From contig CAWHXP010000002.1 in assembly GCA_963833425.1 (NCBI GenBank), positions 1-64,000 on the forward strand: a DNA stretch of 64,000 nt, in the 5' to 3' direction. A program made the position numbers and the translations under genes. The notes beneath the pieces were generated by a model. It was not told the origin of the DNA. It did not search any database and saw only the letters and a list, made by a program, of their open reading frames with translations. Position 1 is the first letter of the stretch; the number at the start of each line of letters is the position of its first letter. The DNA is from an uncultured Methanosarcinaceae archaeon (GTDB lineage: Archaea; Halobacteriota; Methanosarcinia; Methanosarcinales; Methanosarcinaceae). Positions 9,888 through 19,974 of the stretch are shown here, in pieces.

Positions 9888-11978
9888 ATGACCGACTCGG
9901 AAAAAAGTAGAAAACAGGCAATTTGTATTGCATTACTACTATGCTTACTCAGTTTTTTGTTACTAATATATGTAGGATATGATTACAAAAGTAGCAAGAC
10001 AAATGAAATAATTCTAGCAGAGGCAAAGGAAGATGCGCTTCAAAAAGCCGAATATGCCATAAAAAACGTTAATATTGGAATTAATTCTACTACCTCCCTT
10101 GCTGATGGAGTTGCAAAGGATCTGAGTTCAGGCAAACTGAAAAATGATTCTATACTGCGCGAGAGAATTCTGGCGGAAATGAAGAACCATCCTAATATTT
10201 TTTCCATTGTCGTTGCCTACTCTCCTTCTACCAGTGCTGGGAAGCTTTATGCACCTCATTTTTTTAGAAACAGTTCTGGAATCGTTAATTCTTCACTAAC
10301 ATATGACTACACAAAGGATAGTAAACAAACCGCATGGTACAATGATGCCATGAGAACAGGATCCAAAATATGGATTCCACCGTTTTTCGGGGTTGCAGCC
10401 CATACTTATCTGATAGGTTATTCAAGTCCTTTTTATCTTGCCGAATCCGGGGATGGTAACAAAGCTGTGGGAGTGGTAAGTGTACGCTACTCTCTTGAAG
10501 GAATAAGAACGTATTTAAATAACCTCAAAATCGGAAATACAGGTTTTGGTTTCATGATCTCAGAGAAAGGGGAGATTATTTCTTACCCTATCCAAGAGTA
10601 TATTAATAAAAATATTACAGATATTGCAAAAAAAGATCAAACTCTTAACTTCATAAGTAAGAATATAAAGAAAAAAGATTATTTGGCGACAAATTCCTTT
10701 ATAGGGAAATCCTACTGGGTATTTCAACAAACTATTCCTTCTACAGACTGGACTCTCGGGTTTGTCCTTCCTCAGGAAGAAACTCTGCTAAACAAAAAAA
10801 CAGAGCAGAGACACTCAATTATTTCTATAGTTTTCGCAACGTTTGCTTTTTTATTCTTTTTGTGCCTGTTTTTTGTATCCATTTACAGATATAACTATAA
10901 AGGGCTCTGGATGCTCGCGTCTATTTTTACATTACTTTGTATCCTGGGAATAGGCTTTATGTGGTATCTTACTATGAACAATTCTTCTCTTGATGATAGG
11001 AATGGAGACCGTGTTGTTTTCGACAGGGAAGATGTTGAAACTGTGTTGCAACACGTCAATATGAGCCCAACAATTCCCAGGATTCCGACAGGATTTTTTC
11101 TCCAGTCAATGAAGTTTTTGAATGCTAATGAGGTCTTAATAACCGGATATATCTGGCAAAATATTTCGAGCCTAGGAACTTGGAAGGATTTTCCTGAATT
11201 TAGTTTTCCGGATCCAAAAGAAACTACAATTGAAAAAGTCTATATGAATAAGGACACAGGTGTTATTGGCTGGCATTTTAAGACTACTTTGCAGCAGCAG
11301 TTTGATTATTCAAGATATCCTTTTGACAGGGAAGATGTCTGGATCAGGGTATTGAGTAATAATTCTGCAGGAAAAGTCTTGGTTCCAGACTTTGATTCCT
11401 ATAATACCTTAATTCCAGAAAGACTTCCAGGTTTGGGACATTCTTTCGTACTTGATGGCTGGAAGCCGCAAAAAACCTTTTTTAGTTACAGAGTTAATTC
11501 TTATGATACCAATATTGGGTTAGGAAATGTTGCAAATTCCAATGCGCCTGAATTCCACTTCAACGTCGATGTCAAAAGGGACCTTGAATCCACATCTAAT
11601 TCCGATCTTCTACTCATAACGGTCGTACTCATTCTCCTGTATGCAATACTTACAATGATTACTAAGGGTGAAAGCAAAACTCATTTTGGCTTCAGTTCAC
11701 ATGGAGTCCTGGGCTACTGTACATCAATTCTTTTTACTCTTATCATTGCCCACTCTTCTCTCAAAGCTAGAATTCCCATTGGGGGTATCATATACCTTGA
11801 GTATTTCTACTTTGTAATGTACATTGCAATCTTGGTTATTTCCTTGAATTCAATTGCTTTTGCTTCAAATCGAAGTATACCCTTTATTGATGCAAAAGAC
11901 AACATGTACGTGAAGGTACTGTACTGGCCTGTTATCATGGGGATTTTGCTGTTCATAACTTTTTTGAAGTTTTATTGA
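9888..11978 (+). CDS. Cache-domain protein fused to a pentameric ligand-gated ion channel (Pro-loop)-like domain
   Basis: N-terminal TM, Cache region (WY...WIPPFF...GVVSV, GNTGFGFMISEKGEIISYP), two TMs, then FDYSRYPFDRE loop and four C-terminal TMs. Confidence 0.72.
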   Translation: MTDSEKSRKQAICIALLLCLLSFLLLIYVGYDYKSSKTNEIILAEAKEDALQKAEYAIKNVNIGINSTTSLADGVAKDLSSGKLKNDSILRERILAEMKNHPNIFSIVVAYSPSTSAGKLYAPHFFRNSSGIVNSSLTYDYTKDSKQTAWYNDAMRTGSKIWIPPFFGVAAHTYLIGYSSPFYLAESGDGNKAVGVVSVRYSLEGIRTYLNNLKIGNTGFGFMISEKGEIISYPIQEYINKNITDIAKKDQTLNFISKNIKKKDYLATNSFIGKSYWVFQQTIPSTDWTLGFVLPQEETLLNKKTEQRHSIISIVFATFAFLFFLCLFFVSIYRYNYKGLWMLASIFTLLCILGIGFMWYLTMNNSSLDDRNGDRVVFDREDVETVLQHVNMSPTIPRIPTGFFLQSMKFLNANEVLITGYIWQNISSLGTWKDFPEFSFPDPKETTIEKVYMNKDTGVIGWHFKTTLQQQFDYSRYPFDREDVWIRVLSNNSAGKVLVPDFDSYNTLIPERLPGLGHSFVLDGWKPQKTFFSYRVNSYDTNIGLGNVANSNAPEFHFNVDVKRDLESTSNSDLLLITVVLILLYAILTMITKGESKTHFGFSSHGVLGYCTSILFTLIIAHSSLKARIPIGGIIYLEYFYFVMYIAILVISLNSIAFASNRSIPFIDAKDNMYVKVLYWPVIMGILLFITFLKFY

Positions 11979-12499
11979 TAGATATAGGCTATACGATCCT
12001 CAATCAGCCTCTTTATTTTTAAAAATCGATTATCGGTATGTATTTCAATATAATTTTTCTGTTTAATGACCAATTTTCGGTCATAAGTTGCATATTTTTA
12101 TATGATGTAGAATGCCTAAGTTAGGGGAATAACAGTCTAAATAAAAACAGATACTAAGAAAAATATTGTACTGGCTTATCGTCTTCTCTGATCTGCAAAG
12201 ATCGGTATATTTAAGAAAATTCCACATTTGTGTTTGTTAATGTACAAAATGTCTAAAGGTGTTATTTTTCACTCTAAATATTACCATTCAAGATGAAAAA
12301 TCTCTATCCATGGTATTCAAAATTGTGTATAATATTCATTAATAAGTGTCAAAAGGAAGAGGAATTAACAACGAAAATTAATGTTAAAATAATTGATACA
12401 ATCATAGCAAAGACAACAGTAAAAATGCTATCAAAAAAATATAAACACAGACATAAATTAAAAAAGTTTCTTCTTTTATTTGCTTCTCTAAAATTTATT

Positions 12500-12830
12500 T
12501 AGCATCTTCTTAAAAAATGTAGCGACGTTGTTGCCTGGATAGCCGGCTGTGCCTTCTGTTATGCAGGCTATGTTGTTCAAATGATGGTTTCTGCCGGTAA
12601 GCGTGTAAAAGCGACTAGACTAATATAACTTAGCAGTATGCATATTGTTGCAAGTAAGAATATCACCATTCAAAATGTTCAGATGGGGTGTTTCAATAGG
12701 GCTGCCATAGTTCCCAAGTTGTCCAAATTCTGTATCTGCAGCACAATGAATAGTATATCATATACATTCTATTTAGCACGTAGTGGTTCCGATTAGGCTG
12801 GATGCTCTTGATATCAACATCAAAACAGGA
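12500..12830 (-). pseudogene. Relic of a second arylsulfatase (N-terminal part)
   Basis: Reverse strand reads EPLRAK..ILFIVL / DTEFGQLGNYGSPIETPHL...NNMHTAKLY*SSR..LTGRNHH.NNIACITEGTAGYPG; the active-site C-S-P-S-R is destroyed. Confidence 0.8.
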
Positions 12831-13181
12831 AATTATAGGCTCAAAAAGAGAACGAAACTGGATTAAAAATGTGAGTTGCGTATACTTAGTTCCATAGAAG
12901 TTATGGAAAATTTAGCAAATTTGATACCATTAGGTTAGGGATCTTAAAAAGGCCAATACGATTGTTAATAGTTATGATCAGAGTATAAATAGCCTTACAT
13001 ATCCTTAAGTAACAAAGATTTTATATTCAATTACCAGATAAATTACATTTAACTATTTACACTAAATATATAAGTCAGATCCAGATTAAGATGAGTGGAT
13101 CATTGCAATAATTTTTAAATTTAAAAGATTCTTTAACCGGATACAAATGAATTTGAATAATAAAACAGGAGAGTGAAATGA

Positions 13182-13457
13182 ATGTTGAAACAATCAGTTA
13201 GTAGAATAAAAAAGGCATTGACTATTTTGTTAGTAGTTTTTTTTGTAGTATCATTAACAGTCACATCAGCGAGCGCAGTAGGCGATGACCCAAGATCATT
13301 TCCGGCTGTTCACATAGCAAGAGCTGATCCAGTTATGAACATGAATGGGGTGCTCACGGATGGGTTAGTCATTCAACAGCTAGGTGTTGGTCCGCTTGCC
13401 ATTGGTGGGTTTGCTGCAAATCGGATGTTTGCACAAAACATAAACTTGGCATGGTAG
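13182..13457 (+). CDS. Small secreted protein with 5-residue periodic C-terminus
   Basis: GGAG RBS; signal peptide KKALTILLVVFFVVSLTVTSASA; MNGVL-TDGLV-IQQLG-VGPLA-IGGFA-ANRMF-AQNIN. Confidence 0.7.
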   Translation: MLKQSVSRIKKALTILLVVFFVVSLTVTSASAVGDDPRSFPAVHIARADPVMNMNGVLTDGLVIQQLGVGPLAIGGFAANRMFAQNINLAW

Positions 13458-13527
13458 GTTATTTTTATAAAGGCTAACCTTAGAAAGTTCTCAAAAAATG
13501 CTTTATTCTCTTGTATTGAATTACAAC

Positions 13528-13615
13528 GAGTTTCGATAAACCTTCGATTTCAACAAATTGCTTATATATGATTTATAAATGACCAGTTAAAAACTAGGGT
13601 TTATAGATAATCCTC
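13528..13615. mobile_element. ~90-bp MITE with IS5-type ends
   Basis: GAGTTTCGATAAACC...GGGTTTATAGATAATCCTC; reverse complement resembles the 63618-63705 copy. Confidence 0.65.
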
Positions 13616-14163
13616 TATACTCAGCCCCTACAACCGATTTATAATCAGTCTTATATGATTCTAAGCAATGCAAGAAAATACCTTAAATCGCCCCACAATC
13701 GGTAGTTTTTGCTCTATATTTCTCATAAACCTGTGGTGATTAAACAGCTTAAATTTTTCTAAAGCTTGTCCTTATTTTTCGACCTTAAACTAAAGAATAT
13801 GAAATTTATGTGAAATCCAATCTTAAAATCTAAGCACCGAACGTTATAACTTCATTCATATCATTTTAAAATAATAAAATTATATGAAAAATATCCAGAA
13901 GGTACTTACCATGCTATGGAAGTAAAATCAGGAAGAATTTATTTTGTTGAAAAAATGAATGAATCTGGGACAACTAGCGAGATTTTTATTAGAAGTTCTA
14001 TGTATTATCATTACCTTAGTTAAATAAACGTCTTAAAACGGCTTAAAATAGTTCATTTTTGATATGAAGGTATAAAGCCCACCTTAGTGTATAAAGGAAC
14101 TAAAAAAACATTAAATACGATACTTACTAATATCAACTATGTAAAATAAAAAACTGTGTTATT

Positions 14164-14600
14164 ATACCACGTCCTACAAAGCTCACTCATGAAGTACAAC
14201 AGAAAATCGGTGATTGTGTATCTATTGGATTGACTTACGCTTTGGCTTCTTCAGCGGCCGGCGTAACTTACCAGACTTTCAATCAATGGATGAAATTGGG
14301 AAGAGATTCAACTTCAGGAAAGTACTTTGAATTCTATAAACATATTGAACAACGGAATGTTGAAGGAGCTCTAAGAATATTATAAAGACTGAACGTTGCT
14401 GCTGAAGCCGGCAACTGCCACGTTTGTATGTTCATTTTGGAGAGACTGTTCCGGAAAGTTATGGAAGGCGTGAATATAGAAAAGTTAATACAGTTTCACA
14501 GAATAAAAATGAGAATGTTGAGATAATCGTTAAAGATGGAGATGAAATTAGAAAAGATATTTTGGCAAAGTTCATTCAAGTTAGAGAAATTAATGAGTAA
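14164..14600 (+). pseudogene. HTH / phage terminase-small-subunit-like pseudogene, copy 1
   Basis: Same as 22868-23305 plus a 1-bp deletion (CTGTTCCGG vs CTGTTCCCGG). Confidence 0.6.
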
Positions 14601-14971
14601 TCAATAGTTTAATTTTTAATCAAAATTTCACGTATCCTTAATAGAACTACCTTCAGATTAATTTTGTTTCCTAGGGTAATTGTAGCCTAACTTATCAAAT
14701 TAACCGCAACACTTTAAGGTTTACCTATTAGTTTAGTTTATTTCAAAATACTTTTAAGTCCAATATGTTGTTTCTTAAGTCCAGCGTATTTGACTGGGCT
14801 GGCAAGTTTCAAATATAGATAGATAGTGGAAAATTTTAATAATTATCTCTAAAAGACCTACAAAAACAACTATAATTTAAATTTAATTATCCAGAGTTTA
14901 TGCCTTTATTAAGATCATTAAGGCAATATTAGGGCAAAATGAAAAAACGGTACTTTGAACAAAAATTTAGA

Positions 14972-15039
14972 AGCCCCGTACGTGATTCGAACACGCGACC
15001 TAGTGATTAAAAATCACTCGCTCTACCGGGCTAAGCCAA
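14972..15039 (-). pseudogene. Pseudo-tRNA derived from tRNA-Thr; att-like site
   Basis: 68-nt copy of the tRNA lacking the first 6 nt of the acceptor strand; anticodon loop CTTGTAA changed to TTTTTAA. Confidence 0.85.
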
Positions 15040-16355
15040 TGCAGTATGATTTCATGCTAACAGAACTGTAGAGTCCATTATTTAGAGCTTATTTTCTTTT
15101 ATCACTTGTTAGCGCTTACTGTCGTAGCTTCCACCGATGCAACAAAATACTATTGGTGAAATACATGATAATAATGCCCTTTCATGAGTGTGCCATCTTG
15201 GGGAACCACCGTAATGTTGTTTTAACTATGGTATCCGTGGTAATGATGGTTATAATTATCAGCGCTTACTACTGGTGTCGGTGTCAATAATATATACAAT
15301 GTCATAAGTCCTAGTGCAATTAGCTCCTTAGACCTGATGCTTATTATATATTTTCAGTTAAAATATTTTAGCAAAATATATATATTGAATATAATATATA
15401 CATCAATGAAATTTCTAATGTAAGGGTGCATATGTAGCGTAGTTTCGTTAAATATCTGGAACTTAAGCCGCAACGGTTATCTTATAGGACTGGCCATAAT
15501 CTTTGAAGCACTCTTTTACCTACATTAATGATTAGCAAGGATTCCGGTCTCATCATTTATTATTGGTGTAGCAGCGGATTCGGGAAAGGATGTATGGAAC
15601 TTTCTTTTGTATTCATCCAATGTTCTTAACTACATACGTTATCTTTGCGTTGGATTCCTAAGGCCGATTACTGAAAATACTGTAGGATTCTCGCAAGATG
15701 GCAAAGCTTCCAGCTAGAAGAATTGCAGATGTCTTTGATGCTATCTGAAATTCTACAAAAAGTTCAAGCTAAAAGTACCTAGTACTAAATTAATAAGAAT
15801 TGATGCGAGTGCTCTCTTCCAAGATTTTATAATCTCGTAAGTCGGCTCCGATTAATTTACTCGCAACATAAAGCACAGCTATATCATCTACAAATACAAT
15901 TTTTGCCATTTTCCTGATGCGGGGTACAGCGATACAAACACCAGTACCTAATAATACCAGTACCGTTTTCCAAGGAATTTTTGGGTATTCATCATAATAA
16001 AATCATAAAGCATAGAAGCTATTAGCTTCCCATTTTCTATAAGTTTATCGAGAAATTCTGGTATGCCATTATAGTTAACTTTTTTAGAAAATGTCACAAT
16101 ATTAGAAAAAATTTGGTTCATATTGACTTGACTCATGAAATTTTCTCCAATCTTATACTTGATTATACCAATCTACTTCACAAATAAATAGAAAAACTTA
16201 CACTCAATGCTATATCATCACAGTATTTATAATATTCTGTAAAGGTTTTGGCACAAAATTGTGTATCTCACATTATTCGGATTATACGCAATTGATGCAC
16301 AAAATCAAATATAATAAAGCATTGTGTTCAAATTCTATTAAAAGTAGTTATAGGC

Positions 16356-17495
16356 TCAGTGCGGTTTATTTTCTAGTTCAATTGCTTGAGCCTTAAGTAA
16401 TTGGTTCTTGCTTTCTTTTAAAGTGAACATCATAGTTAATTTAGTCCCATTGTTACTTTTAAGTTCAAGTTCTCCATCTAACTGGTCCATGAGGGAAGTT
16501 ACCAGCTGAAATCCTAGACCTTCAATATCATCAATTTCAAGGTTTTCAGGGAAACCTACTCCATCATCTGAAACTGTCAGAAGAAAACTGGTACTATTAT
16601 AATTTTCACTTTTGCTTTCTTCTTTGAAATTTATATATTCCCCTGCCTTTTCACGGCATAATTTGATTTGAACTTCCCCTTTATCTCTGCCTGGAAATGC
16701 ATGCTTAAGGGAATTAGAAATAAGTTCATTAACAATAATTCCTAATGGGATTGCAACATCCATATCGAAAAAAAAGTTTTCTTCCAGATCTATTTTTAAG
16801 CTTACAGCGGTATTTACAAGCTTATAAGTCTGGAAAAGATTTTGAGTGAGCTTCTCAACGTATGATGAAAAATTTAGATCTTCGATCTTTTCACCTTTGT
16901 ACAATTCTTCATGGATAAGGGCTATAGATATTACTCTATCCTGACTTTTCTTGAAAGCATCTATGACTTCTGAATCCTTTAGATCCTTTCGGCCTTTGAA
17001 TTTATCAGCTTGGAGGTCCAGAAGTGAAGATATTACCTGTAAGTTATTCTTAATCCTATGATGAATTTCCTTTTTACGAGCAATCTCGCTATTTGTGATT
17101 ACTTCTTCGATTTTTTTGCGCTCAATCGAATATTGGATAGAGCGTTTCAATAATCTCCAATCTATTTGTCCTTTGGCTAAATAGTCCTGAGCACCTTTCT
17201 TTACAGCATCAATCCCAATTTTTTCATTATCTGACGCAGTAAAGATTATGATCGGAATTCGTGAATTTCTTGCATGAACTTTGAGGAATGTGTCAATGCC
17301 ATCGCTATCTGGCAAGCCTAGATCTGTTAATATTATATCAAATGGACGTTCTTTGAGAAGACTCAAACCTTCGTTAAGCGTTTTAACATTTGTAAATTCA
17401 TATGGGAAGTTGGCGAATTCTTCAAGCATCTCTTCAATCAGACTTGCATCTCCAAGATTGTCTTCAAAAAGCAAGATTTCAATCTTTTCATCCAT
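16356..17495 (-). CDS. Response regulator receiver fused to HisKA_2-type histidine kinase
   Basis: REC motifs (EDN, DLGLPD, GAQDYL.K), EIHHRIKNNLQ H-box, NELISNSLKHAF, DDGVG, GLG. Confidence 0.92.
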   Translation of the reverse strand: MDEKIEILLFEDNLGDASLIEEMLEEFANFPYEFTNVKTLNEGLSLLKERPFDIILTDLGLPDSDGIDTFLKVHARNSRIPIIIFTASDNEKIGIDAVKKGAQDYLAKGQIDWRLLKRSIQYSIERKKIEEVITNSEIARKKEIHHRIKNNLQVISSLLDLQADKFKGRKDLKDSEVIDAFKKSQDRVISIALIHEELYKGEKIEDLNFSSYVEKLTQNLFQTYKLVNTAVSLKIDLEENFFFDMDVAIPLGIIVNELISNSLKHAFPGRDKGEVQIKLCREKAGEYINFKEESKSENYNSTSFLLTVSDDGVGFPENLEIDDIEGLGFQLVTSLMDQLDGELELKSNNGTKLTMMFTLKESKNQLLKAQAIELENKPH

Positions 17496-17601
17496 AGTTT
17501 AATCATTTCCTATTAGAATCACATTGATTTAATTTTGATACCAACTTCACAACTTCAAGCCAGAAAATTTATGTTCTCATTTTATAAGACTTCTTTAGCA
17601 T

Positions 17602-18200
17602 TTAAATTTCGATTGAATTTGAATGTGTTTCTTTATTTATTAAAGCTTGATTTTTGAAATTATGGTGGTTGATTGGTAAAGTGAAAGAAAAAGTTGAACC
17701 TTTACACGATTCGGATTCCATCCATATACACTCACCATGCTTTTCTACAATTTTCTTACAAATTTCAAGTCCTATTCCTGGATACTCTTTTATGTAGTCT
17801 TTTAAACATTTAAAAGATTTTCTCAAAATACATTTGAGAAGCTGATTCCCACAGGCAATGCTTTCAGGAGCGCTTCCAGGCGCTAATTAATGTTAAATAA
17901 CTGTTGTTCGTTTCGCTTGCGCTCTAATTCTGCCCTTTTCCTCTGCAAAACCTTCATCATCGACGGCGCAATAACTTCAAGATCGTCCTGCAGCTCGCAG
18001 CTATAGCTCCCTTCACGATTTGCAACCCCTAGCATGCCCACTATTTTCCGGTCTAAGATAAGGAGTACACCAGGACTGAAGTGAGCGGGGGATGACCGTG
18101 TACATGCCGATACTATCTTGATGTGATACTAGATCGTTAGTAAATAATTTTTTTCTTGGTTAACGACACTACCGTACAAGCCATGCACAACAAAATATGT
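17602..18200 (-). pseudogene. Degraded GAF-domain sensor histidine kinase
   Basis: HATPase tail [33 protein letters not shown] and upstream broken GAF fragments (VHGLYG, GHPPLTS, VGMLGVANREG). Confidence 0.75.
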
Positions 18201-18585
18201 AGACATTAGTATTAGATCTTCCTACTCTAGGTGAAAACATTACACCAGTTATCTGGACAAAGAGATAAATAGTAAATACCGCGTGCATATGATAATATTA
18301 TCGAAAGACGGGCAATTCCGGTGGTTTAAAAATCCTTTAATTCTGAATTCTTGAGAAAAGTTCGAGAATTTTGAATAATGTTAAAATGGAAAAATGACTA
18401 TTGATATGAAATTTATATTCATAGGGTTTGAGCACTCGCAAACTCTTTAAAAATTTATGTACGATTTTTTAGATTCAGTTTCTTCTACGTCTTTTCCTTT
18501 AACACCTGCATCTATTTTATCTTTTTCTTAAAATACAACACATTTTCTGTCTTCTTTAAAGTAAGCATCTTCCCTTTTTTTCATT

Positions 18586-19302
18586 TTAAAGTCTTACATT
18601 TTTATTATTCTCCTTTAAAGACAGAGACTTCCCTTTATTTTTATTTAAAGCAGGTTTCTTCACTTTTTTCTCTTTTAAAGCCAAATAATTCTCTTTATTG
18701 TTATTTAAAGCATGTTTTTTCCCGTTTCTCTCCTTTAAAGTAGATGACAGCTCTTTCGGCCCAATTAAAGTATGTCCATCAATGATTAGCTCCTTCAGGA
18801 TCTGCCCTTCCACGATCAGCTTATCTATGGACATCCCCTTCATAGCCTTCTGCCCCTTCATAGATAACTTACCTGTGGTCAATCCCTTCAATGTCAATTT
18901 CTTCATGGTCCGGCCATCAAATGTCAGGTTATCCATAGTAACCTTATTTATGTACACTCCCCTCACAATTAGACCATCAGCGATTAGTTCTTCAGCGGTT
19001 AACTTATACATGATCAGCCCCTTCACTTTAAGCTCACTAAAGGTCTGGGCATCAAATGTCAGGTTATCAATATTTATCTTATCTATGGTCACCCATTTCA
19101 TGATCATCCCATCAACTATTAGCTCTTCCAAGGTTAGATTAGATATGATCAATCCCTTTAGGGTTTGATCCTTCGAAGTCTGCTCCTTGTGGTGATGACC
19201 AGAGTGAGGGGCAATCGTTGGCACAGCTGTCAATGATACTAGAAAAAGAACTACCAATAAAACAGTCAGCATCTTTTTTATTTTACTAACTAGTAGTTTC
19301 AA
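18586..19302 (-). CDS. Secreted pentapeptide-periodic (probable beta-solenoid) protein with Lys-rich tail
   Basis: Signal peptide; about 27 h-x-x-h-x units in a 45-aa super-repeat; Lys/Asn-rich C-terminal repeats. Confidence 0.7.
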   Translation of the reverse strand: MKLLVSKIKKMLTVLLVVLFLVSLTAVPTIAPHSGHHHKEQTSKDQTLKGLIISNLTLEELIVDGMIMKWVTIDKINIDNLTFDAQTFSELKVKGLIMYKLTAEELIADGLIVRGVYINKVTMDNLTFDGRTMKKLTLKGLTTGKLSMKGQKAMKGMSIDKLIVEGQILKELIIDGHTLIGPKELSSTLKERNGKKHALNNNKENYLALKEKKVKKPALNKNKGKSLSLKENNKNVRL

Positions 19303-19804
19303 TAGTCATTTAACTCCATTTTATTCACATATTTTTATTATCTAAGAAATAACTTTAAAATCTATTTTATGAATTTTTACATTAACAGTATTATAAATAG
19401 AAATTAGTTGTTATTCACAACTATTTAAGATTATTTATTTAAGTATCTCCAAAAATCTATTAACTTCTAAATTCAGTACTTCAAAGCTTTTATTCGATAA
19501 CTTCAACAGAATATAGACTTTTTTAGTTTCATTAAGCGATTGATGGATAAACAGAAGTTATATTTCTTGGGAATTATTATCACAGAAATATATTTTTTTC
19601 AATTTTCGTTTTGATTGATGCTCCCCCTAGTTCCACTTTCATATTCCCCCGTATAATTATTAGAATCCTTACCAGTAAAAGAATGCGAATTCAGTTCTTT
19701 AATCAGAAAATTATTCTGACCATCTCAATTAGCTTACTCTTGCCCATATCCATAACTTTTTGTCTTGATTTTAGATTCTTGCAATTTCCTAGGCATTAAT
19801 TTCT

Positions 19805-19928
19805 AGCTTTGTAGAAAATCTATCTAAAACAGCTCTAGAGAGCGGACAAAATAGGCAAACAAAATTATACAAGTTAATTCAATTTAAATTAATGAGGATT
19901 TTTTATTGCAGAAGAGTTCTACATAGCT
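19805..19928. mobile_element. MITE-like element (~124 bp)
   Basis: 12-bp TIR AGCTTTGTAGAA / TTCTACATAGCT (1 mismatch). Confidence 0.5.
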
Positions 19929-19974
19929 CCAAGTTCAAAGGATCTATATCCAGACCTTTATAATTAAACACTGA

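Larger units (their letters stand above)
13620..15039. repeat. Long direct repeat, copy 1 (~1.42 kb)
   Basis: Matches 22324-23744 nearly base for base by eye; about 1 substitution and 1 indel outside the tRNA part, 3 substitutions inside it. Confidence 0.95.

Noticed and set aside
12293..12502. Short Lys/Ile-rich ORFs (12293, 19611, 20143, 24541, 29898, 30084, 40002, 61083, 62190)
   Set aside because: Low-complexity products expected by chance in AT-rich DNA; no RBS or motif support
14972..15045. Functional tRNA-Lys(TTT)
   Set aside because: The 5' acceptor strand is replaced and cannot pair with ACGGGGC; the body is otherwise the Thr tRNA
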